Below are positions 54,128-63,438 of a stretch of 64,000 bases of DNA, piece by piece (the first letter of the stretch is position 1; each line of letters opens with the position of its first letter). The notes beneath the pieces are model-generated. The model was not told the origin of the DNA. It made no database searches and was given only the letters and a program-made list of their open reading frames with translations. The position numbers were made by a program, and so were the translations under genes. The stretch lies in the IMG/VR virus record IMGVR_UViG_3300042350_002797, positions 124,001 to 188,000 of that record, one strand, 5' to 3'.

Positions 54128-54832
54128 TTAGACTAATTTAAATGCTTTTAAATTTTTTCTTGGTGTATTCTTGTTGACATCTACTGTGGTATTTTGTTTT
54201 GTAATTATACCCACTCCAGCGGCTTCTTCTTTTTTAACTTTGGCTTTTTTCTTTGCTTCCTTTTCTCTTTCTTTTTCTACTTGTGGAAACAAATAATGTG
54301 CAACTAAATCAAAATATGGTTGGCCAGCTATTTCTGTATTCGCATCAACACCAGCAGCTTTTGTAAAAGCATCTCGATCTCCTGCTACTACGGCATTTCT
54401 TAAATCTGTAGCACTGCTTAATCTTGGTGTGGCTTGGGGCTGTATGTTTGAAAATTTATAAAAACCATGAGGACCTTCTTTTCCGTTATACTGAACCAGT
54501 GTTTTAATTACCCACTCTTCATCTGTGTATACATTAAGAAGAATATCTCCATACTCTTTATAAACTTTGCTGGCTAGGGTAAGCCAACTTGTTTCTGCAA
54601 CAATATTTCCTTTGATAGGAGGAAAGATTTTTTTCATTACTTCTACTTTTACTTTAAAAGGTAATGGATCCTTAGGACCTTCTGTACTTTGATTAGTACC
54701 CACAAACCAATAATTATTTTCAGAAGCCATTTTCCAAGCCGCTCTATGACCTTGGTGCGGAGGATTAAATCTTCCAAAAATAATACCTACGGATTCAGAT
54801 TGGGCATTTTCAAACAATTCTCTTAGTAGCAT
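54128..54832 (-). CDS. Cytidylyltransferase-like (HxGH) nucleotidyltransferase
   Basis: FGRFNPPHQGH, DPL....K, SSATDLR; leader MLLRELFE. Confidence 0.85.
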   Translation of the reverse strand: MLLRELFENAQSESVGIIFGRFNPPHQGHRAAWKMASENNYWFVGTNQSTEGPKDPLPFKVKVEVMKKIFPPIKGNIVAETSWLTLASKVYKEYGDILLNVYTDEEWVIKTLVQYNGKEGPHGFYKFSNIQPQATPRLSSATDLRNAVVAGDRDAFTKAAGVDANTEIAGQPYFDLVAHYLFPQVEKEREKEAKKKAKVKKEEAAGVGIITKQNTTVDVNKNTPRKNLKAFKLV

Positions 54833-54833
54833 T

Positions 54834-55172
54834 TTATTTCTCGTCGTATTGTTTTGTTTTAAAATTTTCCATCTCTGTTTCTAAAATTTTTGAACATATG
54901 TCATCTATAGCAGATTTTTCTAGATCTTTGTCTAAATTTTTAACAGGAAATTTTTCTTTATATGCACTATAAGCATGTTTAACTATAGGACTGAGACTAG
55001 AAGAGTCTAATTCTTGACCTCTGTCATGATGCAATTTCATTTTTATAATAGAAGGATAATAATGTCTTCTATAGAAATCTGGATCGTTGTTCATAAAAAA
55101 GATTAGATCATCTTGAAGATCATATTCTTCTACATTAAATTTTTCAGGATTAACTAATTCGTCTATTCTCAT
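54834..55172 (-). CDS. Hypothetical protein
   Basis: Likely start ATG 55172 (MRIDEL); DDL.FFM.ND..FYR. Confidence 0.65.
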   Translation of the reverse strand: MRIDELVNPEKFNVEEYDLQDDLIFFMNNDPDFYRRHYYPSIIKMKLHHDRGQELDSSSLSPIVKHAYSAYKEKFPVKNLDKDLEKSAIDDICSKILETEMENFKTKQYDEK

Positions 55173-55176
55173 AATT

Positions 55177-56925
55177 TTACCATGCTCTGCAAGACCAGTA
55201 CCGTGCTTTCCACCGTGGACCAGGATTAGCACAATTGTGTCTAGCTCTAAAACTTTTACGACGTTTTGGATTAGACTTTTTAATAGTCATTTTTTTGTCA
55301 CCAAAATTCACTTTAACTACTTTGCCGTTAGGTTTTTTAACATATACTTTAGATTTTTTAACATCTCCAGCCATACGTTTGCCTAGAGGAACTTTACGTC
55401 CTTGATATTCTGCTTCTGTTAAATCATCATGGAATGTACAACCATGAGCTTCTAATAATTTAAGTGTAGTTGCATCTGCTTCGATCAATACTGATTCTGT
55501 CCATTCAGCTATGACCCAAGTTTCAATGCCTTCATCCTCTGCTAATTCGATATGAAAATAATCTCCAGAACTCAACGGTCCTTCATTTTCAATCGCTTCA
55601 ATATGTTCTAAAAGACTTTTATTAGAAAGTCTTGATTCTTTAAATGAACTAGGACCTCCTGTTTGAGGATCAGGTAATTCTCTTTTGTATTGTAGTAGAG
55701 CAGCCATTTCTGGAGTATTAGGCTGTGCTTTAAATACCCAAGGGTTTAATTTGTGCATAAGTTTAAAGGCAACATCGCCATTTAACCACATAGCTTGACC
55801 TTGAGGAAGTGCTATGGCTTGGGCTATAGATTCCCAACCACTCATAGGACTATCATCCTTAGGTACTCCATCGCCTTTATAGGCTGCACCAGATTGTCCT
55901 CTTACATCGCTTACTAATTTAGCAAAAGGATGCGTCTGTGTATCCAAAGTTCCAATATTGTCAGGATCGTACCAACTTCCGCCTTGCTCGCCACTGGCTG
56001 CTTGTTTAAGAAAACCTTGCATTCTATCTAATTGTTTTTGATAAATCTGTGCAGCCTGTGTCTTACCTTGTTTGGTAAGGTTATCAATAGTAGCTTTATA
56101 TTTTGCAATTCCTGCCTCATAAGATTTTATATCTTGTTGAACCTCTTCAGGGCTACTGCCTTGAGCACCTATACCTGAAGATACTTGACTTACATCCTTA
56201 TATTCAGCTTTAAGCTGTGCGGCTGTGGGTAGCAAAAGTTTAAATTTGGTTTGAGCTGCTGGTGCTGCTGGTGCTGCTGGTGCTGCTGGTGCTGCTGGTG
56301 TCGGAGCAGCGTTAGGTCCTACTCCTGGAGTAGGACCTTCATTTAGTATATCTAAATATTTTCTTAATGACATTTTATTAGATTCCTTCATTAACACACC
56401 TAGCTCTTGTTGCGATGGTTTTCTACCAACGAAACTTTGTTTATCTGGTTCTTGTCTTTTATCTTCTGGATCGGGACCAGTTACGCTATAAATTTTGTTA
56501 CCACCTTGTTCAACATCCTTGCCTGCACCGCCAAATCCTATACCTTGATCCATCGAAACAGTATTAGCACCAACAGAAGTACTAGCACTAGTAACTGTGC
56601 TCTGATCTGGACGCTGTTTAGTAGACATTTTAATGTCGCCTACCTGCACATCTGTATTAACAAGGCCGGTTTGAAGATCAATCTCTTTTCCAAATCCGCC
56701 TAGATTAGGAGTGGCATATTTTATTGCCTTGCCGGATTTATCATATGTAAATTTGCCAAATGCTCCAGCATATGATCTTGTACCATCGGGATTAGAATAG
56801 ACTTTTGCGCCTTCATCTTCTCCGTCTGTTGGAGGAAGAGCAGGAATTGGAGGTACTTTGACTTGATTAGATTGTTGTTCGTTTAAAATATCTAGATAAT
56901 TTCTAAGTATAGACCCTGAAGTCAT
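55177..56925 (-). CDS. Putative internal virion polyprotein
   Basis: LR.YLDILNE| occurs twice; LTE|AEYQG then a basic C-terminal VNFGD...RRKSFRARHNC...ARYWSC module. Confidence 0.65.
   Translation of the reverse strand: MTSGSILRNYLDILNEQQSNQVKVPPIPALPPTDGEDEGAKVYSNPDGTRSYAGAFGKFTYDKSGKAIKYATPNLGGFGKEIDLQTGLVNTDVQVGDIKMSTKQRPDQSTVTSASTSVGANTVSMDQGIGFGGAGKDVEQGGNKIYSVTGPDPEDKRQEPDKQSFVGRKPSQQELGVLMKESNKMSLRKYLDILNEGPTPGVGPNAAPTPAAPAAPAAPAAPAAQTKFKLLLPTAAQLKAEYKDVSQVSSGIGAQGSSPEEVQQDIKSYEAGIAKYKATIDNLTKQGKTQAAQIYQKQLDRMQGFLKQAASGEQGGSWYDPDNIGTLDTQTHPFAKLVSDVRGQSGAAYKGDGVPKDDSPMSGWESIAQAIALPQGQAMWLNGDVAFKLMHKLNPWVFKAQPNTPEMAALLQYKRELPDPQTGGPSSFKESRLSNKSLLEHIEAIENEGPLSSGDYFHIELAEDEGIETWVIAEWTESVLIEADATTLKLLEAHGCTFHDDLTEAEYQGRKVPLGKRMAGDVKKSKVYVKKPNGKVVKVNFGDKKMTIKKSNPKRRKSFRARHNCANPGPRWKARYWSCRAW
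56255..56299. repeat. 9-bp tandem repeat x5 (Pro-Ala-Ala linker)
   Basis: (GCTGCTGGT)5 on the + strand. Confidence 0.95.
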
Positions 56926-56965
56926 AAAAAAGCCCCTTTATGATATTTATCGTATTGGGGTCTTT
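56926..56965 (-). promoter_or_regulatory. Hairpin/terminator with a late-promoter motif in the loop and the SD in the 3' arm
   Basis: AAAGACCCC-(AATACGATAAATATCATAAA)-GGGGCTTTTTT-ATG. Confidence 0.65.
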
Positions 56966-56977
56966 AATCTACAGATT

Positions 56978-57610
56978 TTAAGCTCTAACTACATTCTCTA
57001 CTTTTGTAATTGTACGCCCTAAAAACATCTTAACCATAGTGAGATTTTTGTCATCTTTGACGTAAAAATACCCCCCGCCAGGGCTATAATCCTTACATAA
57101 ATCCTTAGCAGCACGTTTTGGTAGTCTGATTTTGTTATTGTTTTTACACCATTCTACAAAGCTTATGTAATTTTGAGTAGTTGCTCCTAATGTAACTTTA
57201 AAAGCATAATCTAAGTTTTTAACCAGCACAGTGCCTTCTGTTAATTTGCTTTCGGTTTTAGGATCAGGTATTTCTACATATTTTATTTTATTCTTACAGT
57301 TTTTGACTACTATTTCTAGATCTGTTTCTGTATCAACATAGATAGTAACGAACGGAGTTTCTACTCTTGCTTGCCAGTTTTCAATTGATTCAAGAACTTT
57401 ACTTAATTTGTTGGCATGATTTTTCTCTCCTGCTGTGGCTTGCCTTGAATAGTAATATTGATCGCTGTTTTCATACATATGTTGGATCTTAATTGCGTCA
57501 GATCCGCGAAACCAGCCAGCTACTCCAGAAGTAAACACTACTTTAAATTTGTATTTGTTCTGGAATAGCTTAGTACTATACTTTACATTATGCGATTTCA
57601 AGAATTTCAT
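56978..57610 (-). CDS. Hypothetical protein
   Basis: 210 aa, last gene of the dnaJ-def-clpA unit. Confidence 0.65.
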   Translation of the reverse strand: MKFLKSHNVKYSTKLFQNKYKFKVVFTSGVAGWFRGSDAIKIQHMYENSDQYYYSRQATAGEKNHANKLSKVLESIENWQARVETPFVTIYVDTETDLEIVVKNCKNKIKYVEIPDPKTESKLTEGTVLVKNLDYAFKVTLGATTQNYISFVEWCKNNNKIRLPKRAAKDLCKDYSPGGGYFYVKDDKNLTMVKMFLGRTITKVENVVRA

Positions 57611-59840
57611 GTTCTAATACTGATTGTTTAGCTTTAGATTTAAATGTAAGTTGATCATTTTCTACAGCTATAGTGAGCACTCCACTGTTTTTTAAGTCTC
57701 CGAATAATAGCATTTTAGACAATGGTCGTTTAATTTCTTTATCAATAACACGTTGTAGAGGTCTTGCACCCATCTTCTTATCAAATCCTCGTTCGATTAA
57801 CCAATTTATAGCATCTTTATTAATCTTAAGTTTAACACCTTTTTCTCTGACTTTTTCACGTACCTCATCGATAAATTTAGTTACAATTTTACCCATAACT
57901 TCTTTTGAAAGTTTGTTAAATGTAACGATCCCGTCTAATCTATTACGGAATTCTGGAGCAAAGAATTTTTTAAGTTCTTTATCTTCGTAAGTCTTTTCTT
58001 GACTGCCGAATCCAATAACATTTTTTTCTGCTTCTTGAGCTCCGGCATTAGTGGTAAGAATCAGCACTAAATTTCTACAATCTGCACGTTTACCATTACT
58101 ACCTGTGACGAATCCATTGTCCATGATTTGTAATAAAATTGTACTTACATCTGGATGACTCTTTTCAATTTCATCCAATAATAAAACACAATTAGGATTT
58201 TCTTGAATCTGAGTAATTAGCAATCCAGCATTTTCTTCAAATCCAACATAGCCTGGAGGACTGCCGATAAGTTTACTAATACTGTGTTTTTCTTGATATT
58301 CACTCATATCAAATCGAACAAGTTTTACACCTAAGTGTTTAGATAATGCTTTGGCTGTTTCAGTTTTTCCACAACCAGTCGGCCCCATAAACACAAAGCT
58401 ACCTATTGGCTTGTCATCGGATTTCAGTCCAGCTCGGCTTACAAGAATTTTATCTACAATATCTGTAATAGCAGTATCTTGTCCGTATACATCTTCTTTA
58501 ATTTTACTTTCTAAGTTAGCAAGATTATTAGTTTCGCTTTCTGCAATTGTTTCTGTAGGTATGTTAATCATCTTGCTAAGTTCAAACTCGATCTCAGTAG
58601 CAGTAATAGTTCTACTATCAGCTAATTTTAAATTAAACCGACTAGCCGCACAATCAATAAGATCGATAGCTTTATCAGGCAATTTTTTATCTGCTTGATA
58701 TTTTACACTTAGTTTGATTGCTGCTTGTATGGCGTCGTCTTTAATTTTAACATTATGATGTTGTTCATAATATTTTTTAATACCTTTAAGTATCTGTACA
58801 GTCATTTCTGATGTAGGTTCATCTACACTAATTCTTTGGAATCTACGCATCAATGCACGATCTTTTTCAAAATACTTACGATATTCTTCCCATGTTGTAC
58901 TGGCCACTACCTTTATATTGCCTTTACTCAATGCCGGCTTCATCATGTTACTCAAATCGTTAGCATTGTTATTTGCAGATCCTGCACCACTTACCATGTG
59001 TGCTTCGTCAATAAACAGAATAGTTTTGCCTTTCTTTTCTAAACTTTTCAGTACTGCCTTGAACCTTTCTTCAAAATCGCCTCGGTATTTACTGCCTGCT
59101 AACATAGCACTAATATCGAGATTGTATACAGTATATTTTTTTAGAAATTCTGGTACAGCACCTTTTACTATATTATAGGCAAGGCCTTCTGCTATAGCAG
59201 TTTTGCCTACTCCAGGATCTCCTACCAATAATACATTACTTTTTGTTCTGCGACCCAAACAAAGTGCTACATTTTCAAGTTCTTCTATTCTACCAATTAC
59301 TGGATCTATTTTATTCTTTTTAACTTCGTCGTTTAAATTAACAGTAAATGCTCTAAGAGCACGATCATTGTGATGTGACTCCACACCGGCTTCCTCTTCA
59401 ATTTCAACTACTTCATTATTCAAATAATCACTAAATTTATCTTTATCAATACCTGCTTGCTGTATATAATAAAAGGCATAACTTCTTTTTTCAGACATCA
59501 TGGCTAAAAACACATCTGCAGATTCAATTTTTTGTCTGCCGTTAAACAACACCTGTGTGAAAGATTTATTTAGAATACGTTCAACTGCTTGTGTTTTTCT
59601 AGGTTTTACATCCTGCTGCTCGGATACTATGTTTTGACATTTATTTTTTAAATAGTGCTCGAGATTTTTCTTTAGAAATTCAGGATCTGCTCCGTAGCCA
59701 GTTAAACAATTTGAAAAATTTTCCTCGCATAGCATAGCGAATAGCAAATGCTCTATGGTCAAATAATCGTGTTTTAATTGTGTAGCTACTTTGATTGATT
59801 TTTCAAATACTAGTTGAAGTTCGTTGCTTGGTTCTACCAT
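57588..59840 (-). CDS. clpA: ATP-dependent Clp protease ATP-binding subunit ClpA
   Basis: Clp-N EHLL; GDPGVGKT / FIDEAH; GPTGCGKT / LLDEIEK; IGF ClpP-docking loop; GARPL; no ClpB middle domain. Confidence 0.95.
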   Translation of the reverse strand: MVEPSNELQLVFEKSIKVATQLKHDYLTIEHLLFAMLCEENFSNCLTGYGADPEFLKKNLEHYLKNKCQNIVSEQQDVKPRKTQAVERILNKSFTQVLFNGRQKIESADVFLAMMSEKRSYAFYYIQQAGIDKDKFSDYLNNEVVEIEEEAGVESHHNDRALRAFTVNLNDEVKKNKIDPVIGRIEELENVALCLGRRTKSNVLLVGDPGVGKTAIAEGLAYNIVKGAVPEFLKKYTVYNLDISAMLAGSKYRGDFEERFKAVLKSLEKKGKTILFIDEAHMVSGAGSANNNANDLSNMMKPALSKGNIKVVASTTWEEYRKYFEKDRALMRRFQRISVDEPTSEMTVQILKGIKKYYEQHHNVKIKDDAIQAAIKLSVKYQADKKLPDKAIDLIDCAASRFNLKLADSRTITATEIEFELSKMINIPTETIAESETNNLANLESKIKEDVYGQDTAITDIVDKILVSRAGLKSDDKPIGSFVFMGPTGCGKTETAKALSKHLGVKLVRFDMSEYQEKHSISKLIGSPPGYVGFEENAGLLITQIQENPNCVLLLDEIEKSHPDVSTILLQIMDNGFVTGSNGKRADCRNLVLILTTNAGAQEAEKNVIGFGSQEKTYEDKELKKFFAPEFRNRLDGIVTFNKLSKEVMGKIVTKFIDEVREKVREKGVKLKINKDAINWLIERGFDKKMGARPLQRVIDKEIKRPLSKMLLFGDLKNSGVLTIAVENDQLTFKSKAKQSVLEHEILEIA

Positions 59841-60336
59841 TATATTTCCTTTGTTTTTTTAAAGCTAAATCTAATTTTAACCTACTAATGCGATCAATAA
59901 AGCAAATACCATCTAAATGATCTAATTCGTGCATGAAGCATCTAGCGTCAATGCCTGTTAGTTCTATTATATGCTGATTATTATCTCTGTCAAGAAACTC
60001 GACTAGAATAATTTTAGGTCGAGAAACTTTAAAAAATAATCCAGGAAAACTTAAACATCCTTCCTCTTCCAATTCAACTTCTTGGCTGACTTTTATTATT
60101 TTAGGATTAAAAACAGCAAAAGGCGTGTTCACATCTTTTATATTATGAGGATACATTACAAATACTCTGGCATTTACACCTACCTGATTAGCACTTAACC
60201 CTATGCCATTTTCTTCAGCCATAAGTGTAACCATAGATTCTTCTAGTATTAAGGGATCTATAATAGGATTAGAAAAATCAAAATCGTCTAATCTTTTATC
60301 TAAAATTTCATTAGGATAGTGAATTAAGTTGAGCAT
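59803..60336 (-). CDS. def: Peptide deformylase
   Basis: GIGLSANQ, EGCLS, HELDH. Confidence 0.95.
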   Translation of the reverse strand: MLNLIHYPNEILDKRLDDFDFSNPIIDPLILEESMVTLMAEENGIGLSANQVGVNARVFVMYPHNIKDVNTPFAVFNPKIIKVSQEVELEEEGCLSFPGLFFKVSRPKIILVEFLDRDNNQHIIELTGIDARCFMHELDHLDGICFIDRISRLKLDLALKKQRKYNGRTKQRTSTSI

Positions 60337-61141
60337 TTATATTTTCAATTTGTTTCAAGATTGTTTGATCATTTATTGTAGGAGTTATTACTTCTACAAC
60401 TACAATTAAATTGCCTGACCTGCCAGAAGAAAGATTAGTGAAGCCTCTTCCTTTACTGCTAAATTCAGTTCCAGAATTTACACCAGCTCGTATTTTTATT
60501 GGCATAACAGTTCCATCCAAACATTTGATTTCTTTAGTACATCCTAAAATTGCTTCGAATGAGTTTATTTGTATAATTTTACACAAGTCATCATTCCGAC
60601 GCATCCATTCTGGATCATTTTCTACCATGATCTGTACATTTAGATCGCCAGGAGGAAAATTACTGTAACTATCGTCACCCAGGCTAGGATGTCTGATAGT
60701 TTGTCCGGATTGTATACCAGCAGGTATATCTATAGTAACTTCTTTATTTTTTCCTGAAGGAGTTCTGTATTTTGCTATCATTTGAGCTCCTAGATAACTT
60801 TGTTTGAATGTAACATTCATTCTTATAGTTAGATCTCTATTTCTAGGAGCTCGTTGTTGAGCAAAGCCGTGTCCGAAATGAAATCCAAAAATATCTTCGA
60901 AGTTTGGAAAACCAGACCCTGATCTAATGTTTATAAAAGGATTCGTACCGTTTAATTCGGCATCATATTGTGATCGTTTATTAGGATCACTAAGTGTATC
61001 ATATGCTTGAGATATTTCTTGGAATTTTTTATTATCGCCACCACGGTCAGGATGATGTTTCATGGCCAATTTTTTATAGGCCTTTTTTATATCATCCTGA
61101 CTGGCTTTTTCATTTACTCCGAGTATTTCATAATAGTTCAT
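60311..61141 (-). CDS. DnaJ-class chaperone (CbpA-like, no Zn finger)
   Basis: YYEILGV...HPD J-domain; C-terminal DnaJ domains (IPAG, GDL, GRG). Confidence 0.93.
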   Translation of the reverse strand: MNYYEILGVNEKASQDDIKKAYKKLAMKHHPDRGGDNKKFQEISQAYDTLSDPNKRSQYDAELNGTNPFINIRSGSGFPNFEDIFGFHFGHGFAQQRAPRNRDLTIRMNVTFKQSYLGAQMIAKYRTPSGKNKEVTIDIPAGIQSGQTIRHPSLGDDSYSNFPPGDLNVQIMVENDPEWMRRNDDLCKIIQINSFEAILGCTKEIKCLDGTVMPIKIRAGVNSGTEFSSKGRGFTNLSSGRSGNLIVVVEVITPTINDQTILKQIENINAQLNSLS

Positions 61142-61148
61142 ACTACTA

Positions 61149-61177
61149 ATTATACAAGGACTTAAATCCTATGTCAA
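61149..61177 (-). promoter_or_regulatory. Consensus sigma70 promoter placing +1 at or near the dnaJ ATG
   Basis: TTGACA-17 nt-TATAAT-TAGTAGT-ATG. Confidence 0.85.
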
Positions 61178-61662
61178 TCTAATGGAGGAAAATCTTCGTC
61201 CAATGGCGGTCTGCTTGGTTGTGGTTTAGACATAGTTGGCATATCGCTGGCCATTGCTACAGGTGCTGCTGCCATCGGTGCCGCTGCCATGGTCATTGGA
61301 GCAGGACTAAATGGCTTCGGTGCCGACATAGGCGTTGGTGCAGGACTTACTGGCGGGGGTTTATTAGCAGCATCTAATGCTTTGGCTCTTAATTCTTTAT
61401 CGTCACCTGCTAACATGATTCCGCTTAAGGTTCCTGTTAAGAAAGTGGCGATCGGAATAATAAGTTCAAAAAACTTTTGATCCATTGGACTAATAGCGTT
61501 CATTGGTTGTGTAACAAAAATCAATGAATATAATACAACAAATACGATTCCAACTAATGTTAATGCTAAACAAATTCCAATAAAAAATTTTAGTCTAGCC
61601 ATTAACTCTTGTTCTGTGTAAATTGACATTTCTGTACCTTTATCGTCTACGTACTTTTCCAT
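61174..61662 (-). CDS. Two-TM membrane protein with Pro/Ala-rich tail (holin-like candidate)
   Basis: Two hydrophobic helices; next to the spanins; likely start ATG 61662 (TAATG). Confidence 0.55.
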   Translation of the reverse strand: MEKYVDDKGTEMSIYTEQELMARLKFFIGICLALTLVGIVFVVLYSLIFVTQPMNAISPMDQKFFELIIPIATFLTGTLSGIMLAGDDKELRAKALDAANKPPPVSPAPTPMSAPKPFSPAPMTMAAAPMAAAPVAMASDMPTMSKPQPSRPPLDEDFPPLD

Positions 61663-61907
61663 TATTTGCATCCTTTATCAATTGGTTTGGATTGAGTGAT
61701 CTGAGCCGGCGGATTTTCCGAACCTTTAAAAATGTGCTCAGGACATGTTCCTGTGACTTCACAATAAGGTTTTTGACACTGTTTCTCACCCCAATTTTCG
61801 GGATCTTGACACGGATATCTAAACCTATCCCCGCCACAGACTGCTAATATAATGGGCAATATTAAAAGCAGTCCTAACCATCTAAACATTTTTCTATCGT
61901 GGTTCAT
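61662..61907 (-). CDS. Small Cys-rich exported protein / lipoprotein
   Basis: Hydrophobic leader ending LAVC; RYPCQDP.NW....C..P.C...G.CP. Confidence 0.65.
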   Translation of the reverse strand: MNHDRKMFRWLGLLLILPIILAVCGGDRFRYPCQDPENWGEKQCQKPYCEVTGTCPEHIFKGSENPPAQITQSKPIDKGCK

Positions 61908-61952
61908 AACGCTCCTTTACTACTGTAATATGCTATTATTTATTTATTTTGG

Positions 61953-62222
61953 TTATTTTAACTGATCTGCTATACTTTTTTGTTCTTTATACCATTCTTG
62001 CCATGCTTCGTATTTAATTTTAAGTTCGTAATACAGTTTCGAATTAGCATTAGTAGTTTGAATAATATCGCTCATTTCTATTTTTTTATCTGCGGGCAAT
62101 TTGTTAAGATCCGCAGCAGGAGTCATCAAACTTGGCGGTGCATCGGGGAATTTCATCACAATAGGAACCGCAGTGCTAGAGCATCCTGATAAGAATATAC
62201 ATAATAATAAAATTAATCTCAT
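61953..62222 (-). CDS. o-spanin (Rz1-like lipoprotein)
   Basis: Lipobox LSGC, Pro-rich FPDAPPSLM.P, AWQEWY; overlaps the end of the i-spanin gene. Confidence 0.75.
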   Translation of the reverse strand: MRLILLLCIFLSGCSSTAVPIVMKFPDAPPSLMTPAADLNKLPADKKIEMSDIIQTTNANSKLYYELKIKYEAWQEWYKEQKSIADQLK

Positions 62223-62701
62223 TTTGTTTCTCCTGCAGGAGTTTGAAGTAATTCTGGGTTAGTCACTGATTTGTTAAACATTTCGATAGCATCAGGACTT
62301 ACATCGCAGTTAGCATTTATGAGTTTTTCTTTTTCTATTATTTCTTGTTTTATAACTTCTTTAACAACTTCTACAGTTTTAATTTTAGTTATAACTTTTG
62401 TTTCTATAACTTTTACAACTTCAGCCTGCCGTCCTTCTAATTCTTTAACTTTAGCCTGCACTTCTTGTACACGTTCTCTCCACATACGTTCTACGCCATA
62501 CCCGCCTGCATAAAAAGCTCCGACACCATATAATATTACACCAACTAATTCCATTGGTAATTTGTAACCTTTAATAAAGGGTATCCAAGCTACAACTTTA
62601 CTTAATATATAAAGTGTAATACCTGTAGCCAATATAGCGTATGTAGCTAATTCAATCCAGCTATCTGGTATTAAACTATACATGAATTGTAAATACCACA
62701 T
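62219..62701 (-). CDS. i-spanin (Rz-like)
   Basis: N-terminal TM helices, coiled coil, late Cys (NCDVSP), followed by a lipoprotein gene. Confidence 0.7.
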   Translation of the reverse strand: MWYLQFMYSLIPDSWIELATYAILATGITLYILSKVVAWIPFIKGYKLPMELVGVILYGVGAFYAGGYGVERMWRERVQEVQAKVKELEGRQAEVVKVIETKVITKIKTVEVVKEVIKQEIIEKEKLINANCDVSPDAIEMFNKSVTNPELLQTPAGETK

Positions 62702-63438
62702 TATACTCTCTCTAGTGTTAGTGCATAGTTTTCATTTTCAAATACAAAATAATCACTTATTTTATTAATATTATAATTACCTATATATTTTGTAAAAAAT
62801 AAAACTTCTGCTATATCTTTTGATTCTATCATTAACTTTCCAGTTAAATTTTTATATACAGATTCTTTTAATCCAAAATCTTTAATTCTCATACGCAAAG
62901 GTTCTGCATATTTCTTTTGAAAAAGTAGTGTATCGTTATCAACATCTATACTTTCTAAATAACTTTTATTAAAAAAATTAGAAAAGTTGTTTAATTTATT
63001 TTCTTGAATTTTTAATTGATATTCGTCTTTATTTGTAGGAACAGTTTCTTGTAAACTATCTTCTGTTACTTCTACACTATGGAAACTTTTATAATATCTG
63101 AATTTAAAATCATTGATATCGCAAAGTTTTCCAACTCCGTATAAAATTTCCATAATTTGTTCAGGAACACGTTGAGTTCTTTCCATTTCTACAAAAACTT
63201 TATATTTTCCGTTCTGTAGTTCGCCAGGAGTCGAATCTGCATCTAGTACAAATTCATAACCTCTTTCGATAAAATTGACAAGATCTTGTGCTGGTTCTTT
63301 TTGTTCTACAGTGAAAGATATTACTACTATGTCTTCGTCAGATCCCATCTTGCTGGCATAACTATCGATTTCAAAGATATTATCTACCAGCATACGCAAG
63401 TCGCCTGCTAGCAATTCTTCATTAAGCTGCTGGTGCAT
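62701..63438 (-). CDS. Conserved-looking phage hypothetical protein
   Basis: ID.Y.SKMG.D.D+.V+SF...PA.DL..F+E.GY.FVLDAD. Confidence 0.65.
   Translation of the reverse strand: MHQQLNEELLAGDLRMLVDNIFEIDSYASKMGSDEDIVVISFTVEQKEPAQDLVNFIERGYEFVLDADSTPGELQNGKYKVFVEMERTQRVPEQIMEILYGVGKLCDINDFKFRYYKSFHSVEVTEDSLQETVPTNKDEYQLKIQENKLNNFSNFFNKSYLESIDVDNDTLLFQKKYAEPLRMRIKDFGLKESVYKNLTGKLMIESKDIAEVLFFTKYIGNYNINKISDYFVFENENYALTLERV

Noticed and set aside
56255-56299. 9-bp tandem repeat as a phase-variation switch
   Set aside because: The unit is a multiple of three, so slippage only changes the length of a Pro-Ala linker.
434-62513. Numerous antisense or nested ORFs in the track (e.g. 434-769, 14072-14368, 20670-21029, 43262-43555, 52993-53301, 58351-58698)
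   Set aside because: They lie within well-supported genes, lack SD or motif support, and are expected shadow ORFs.
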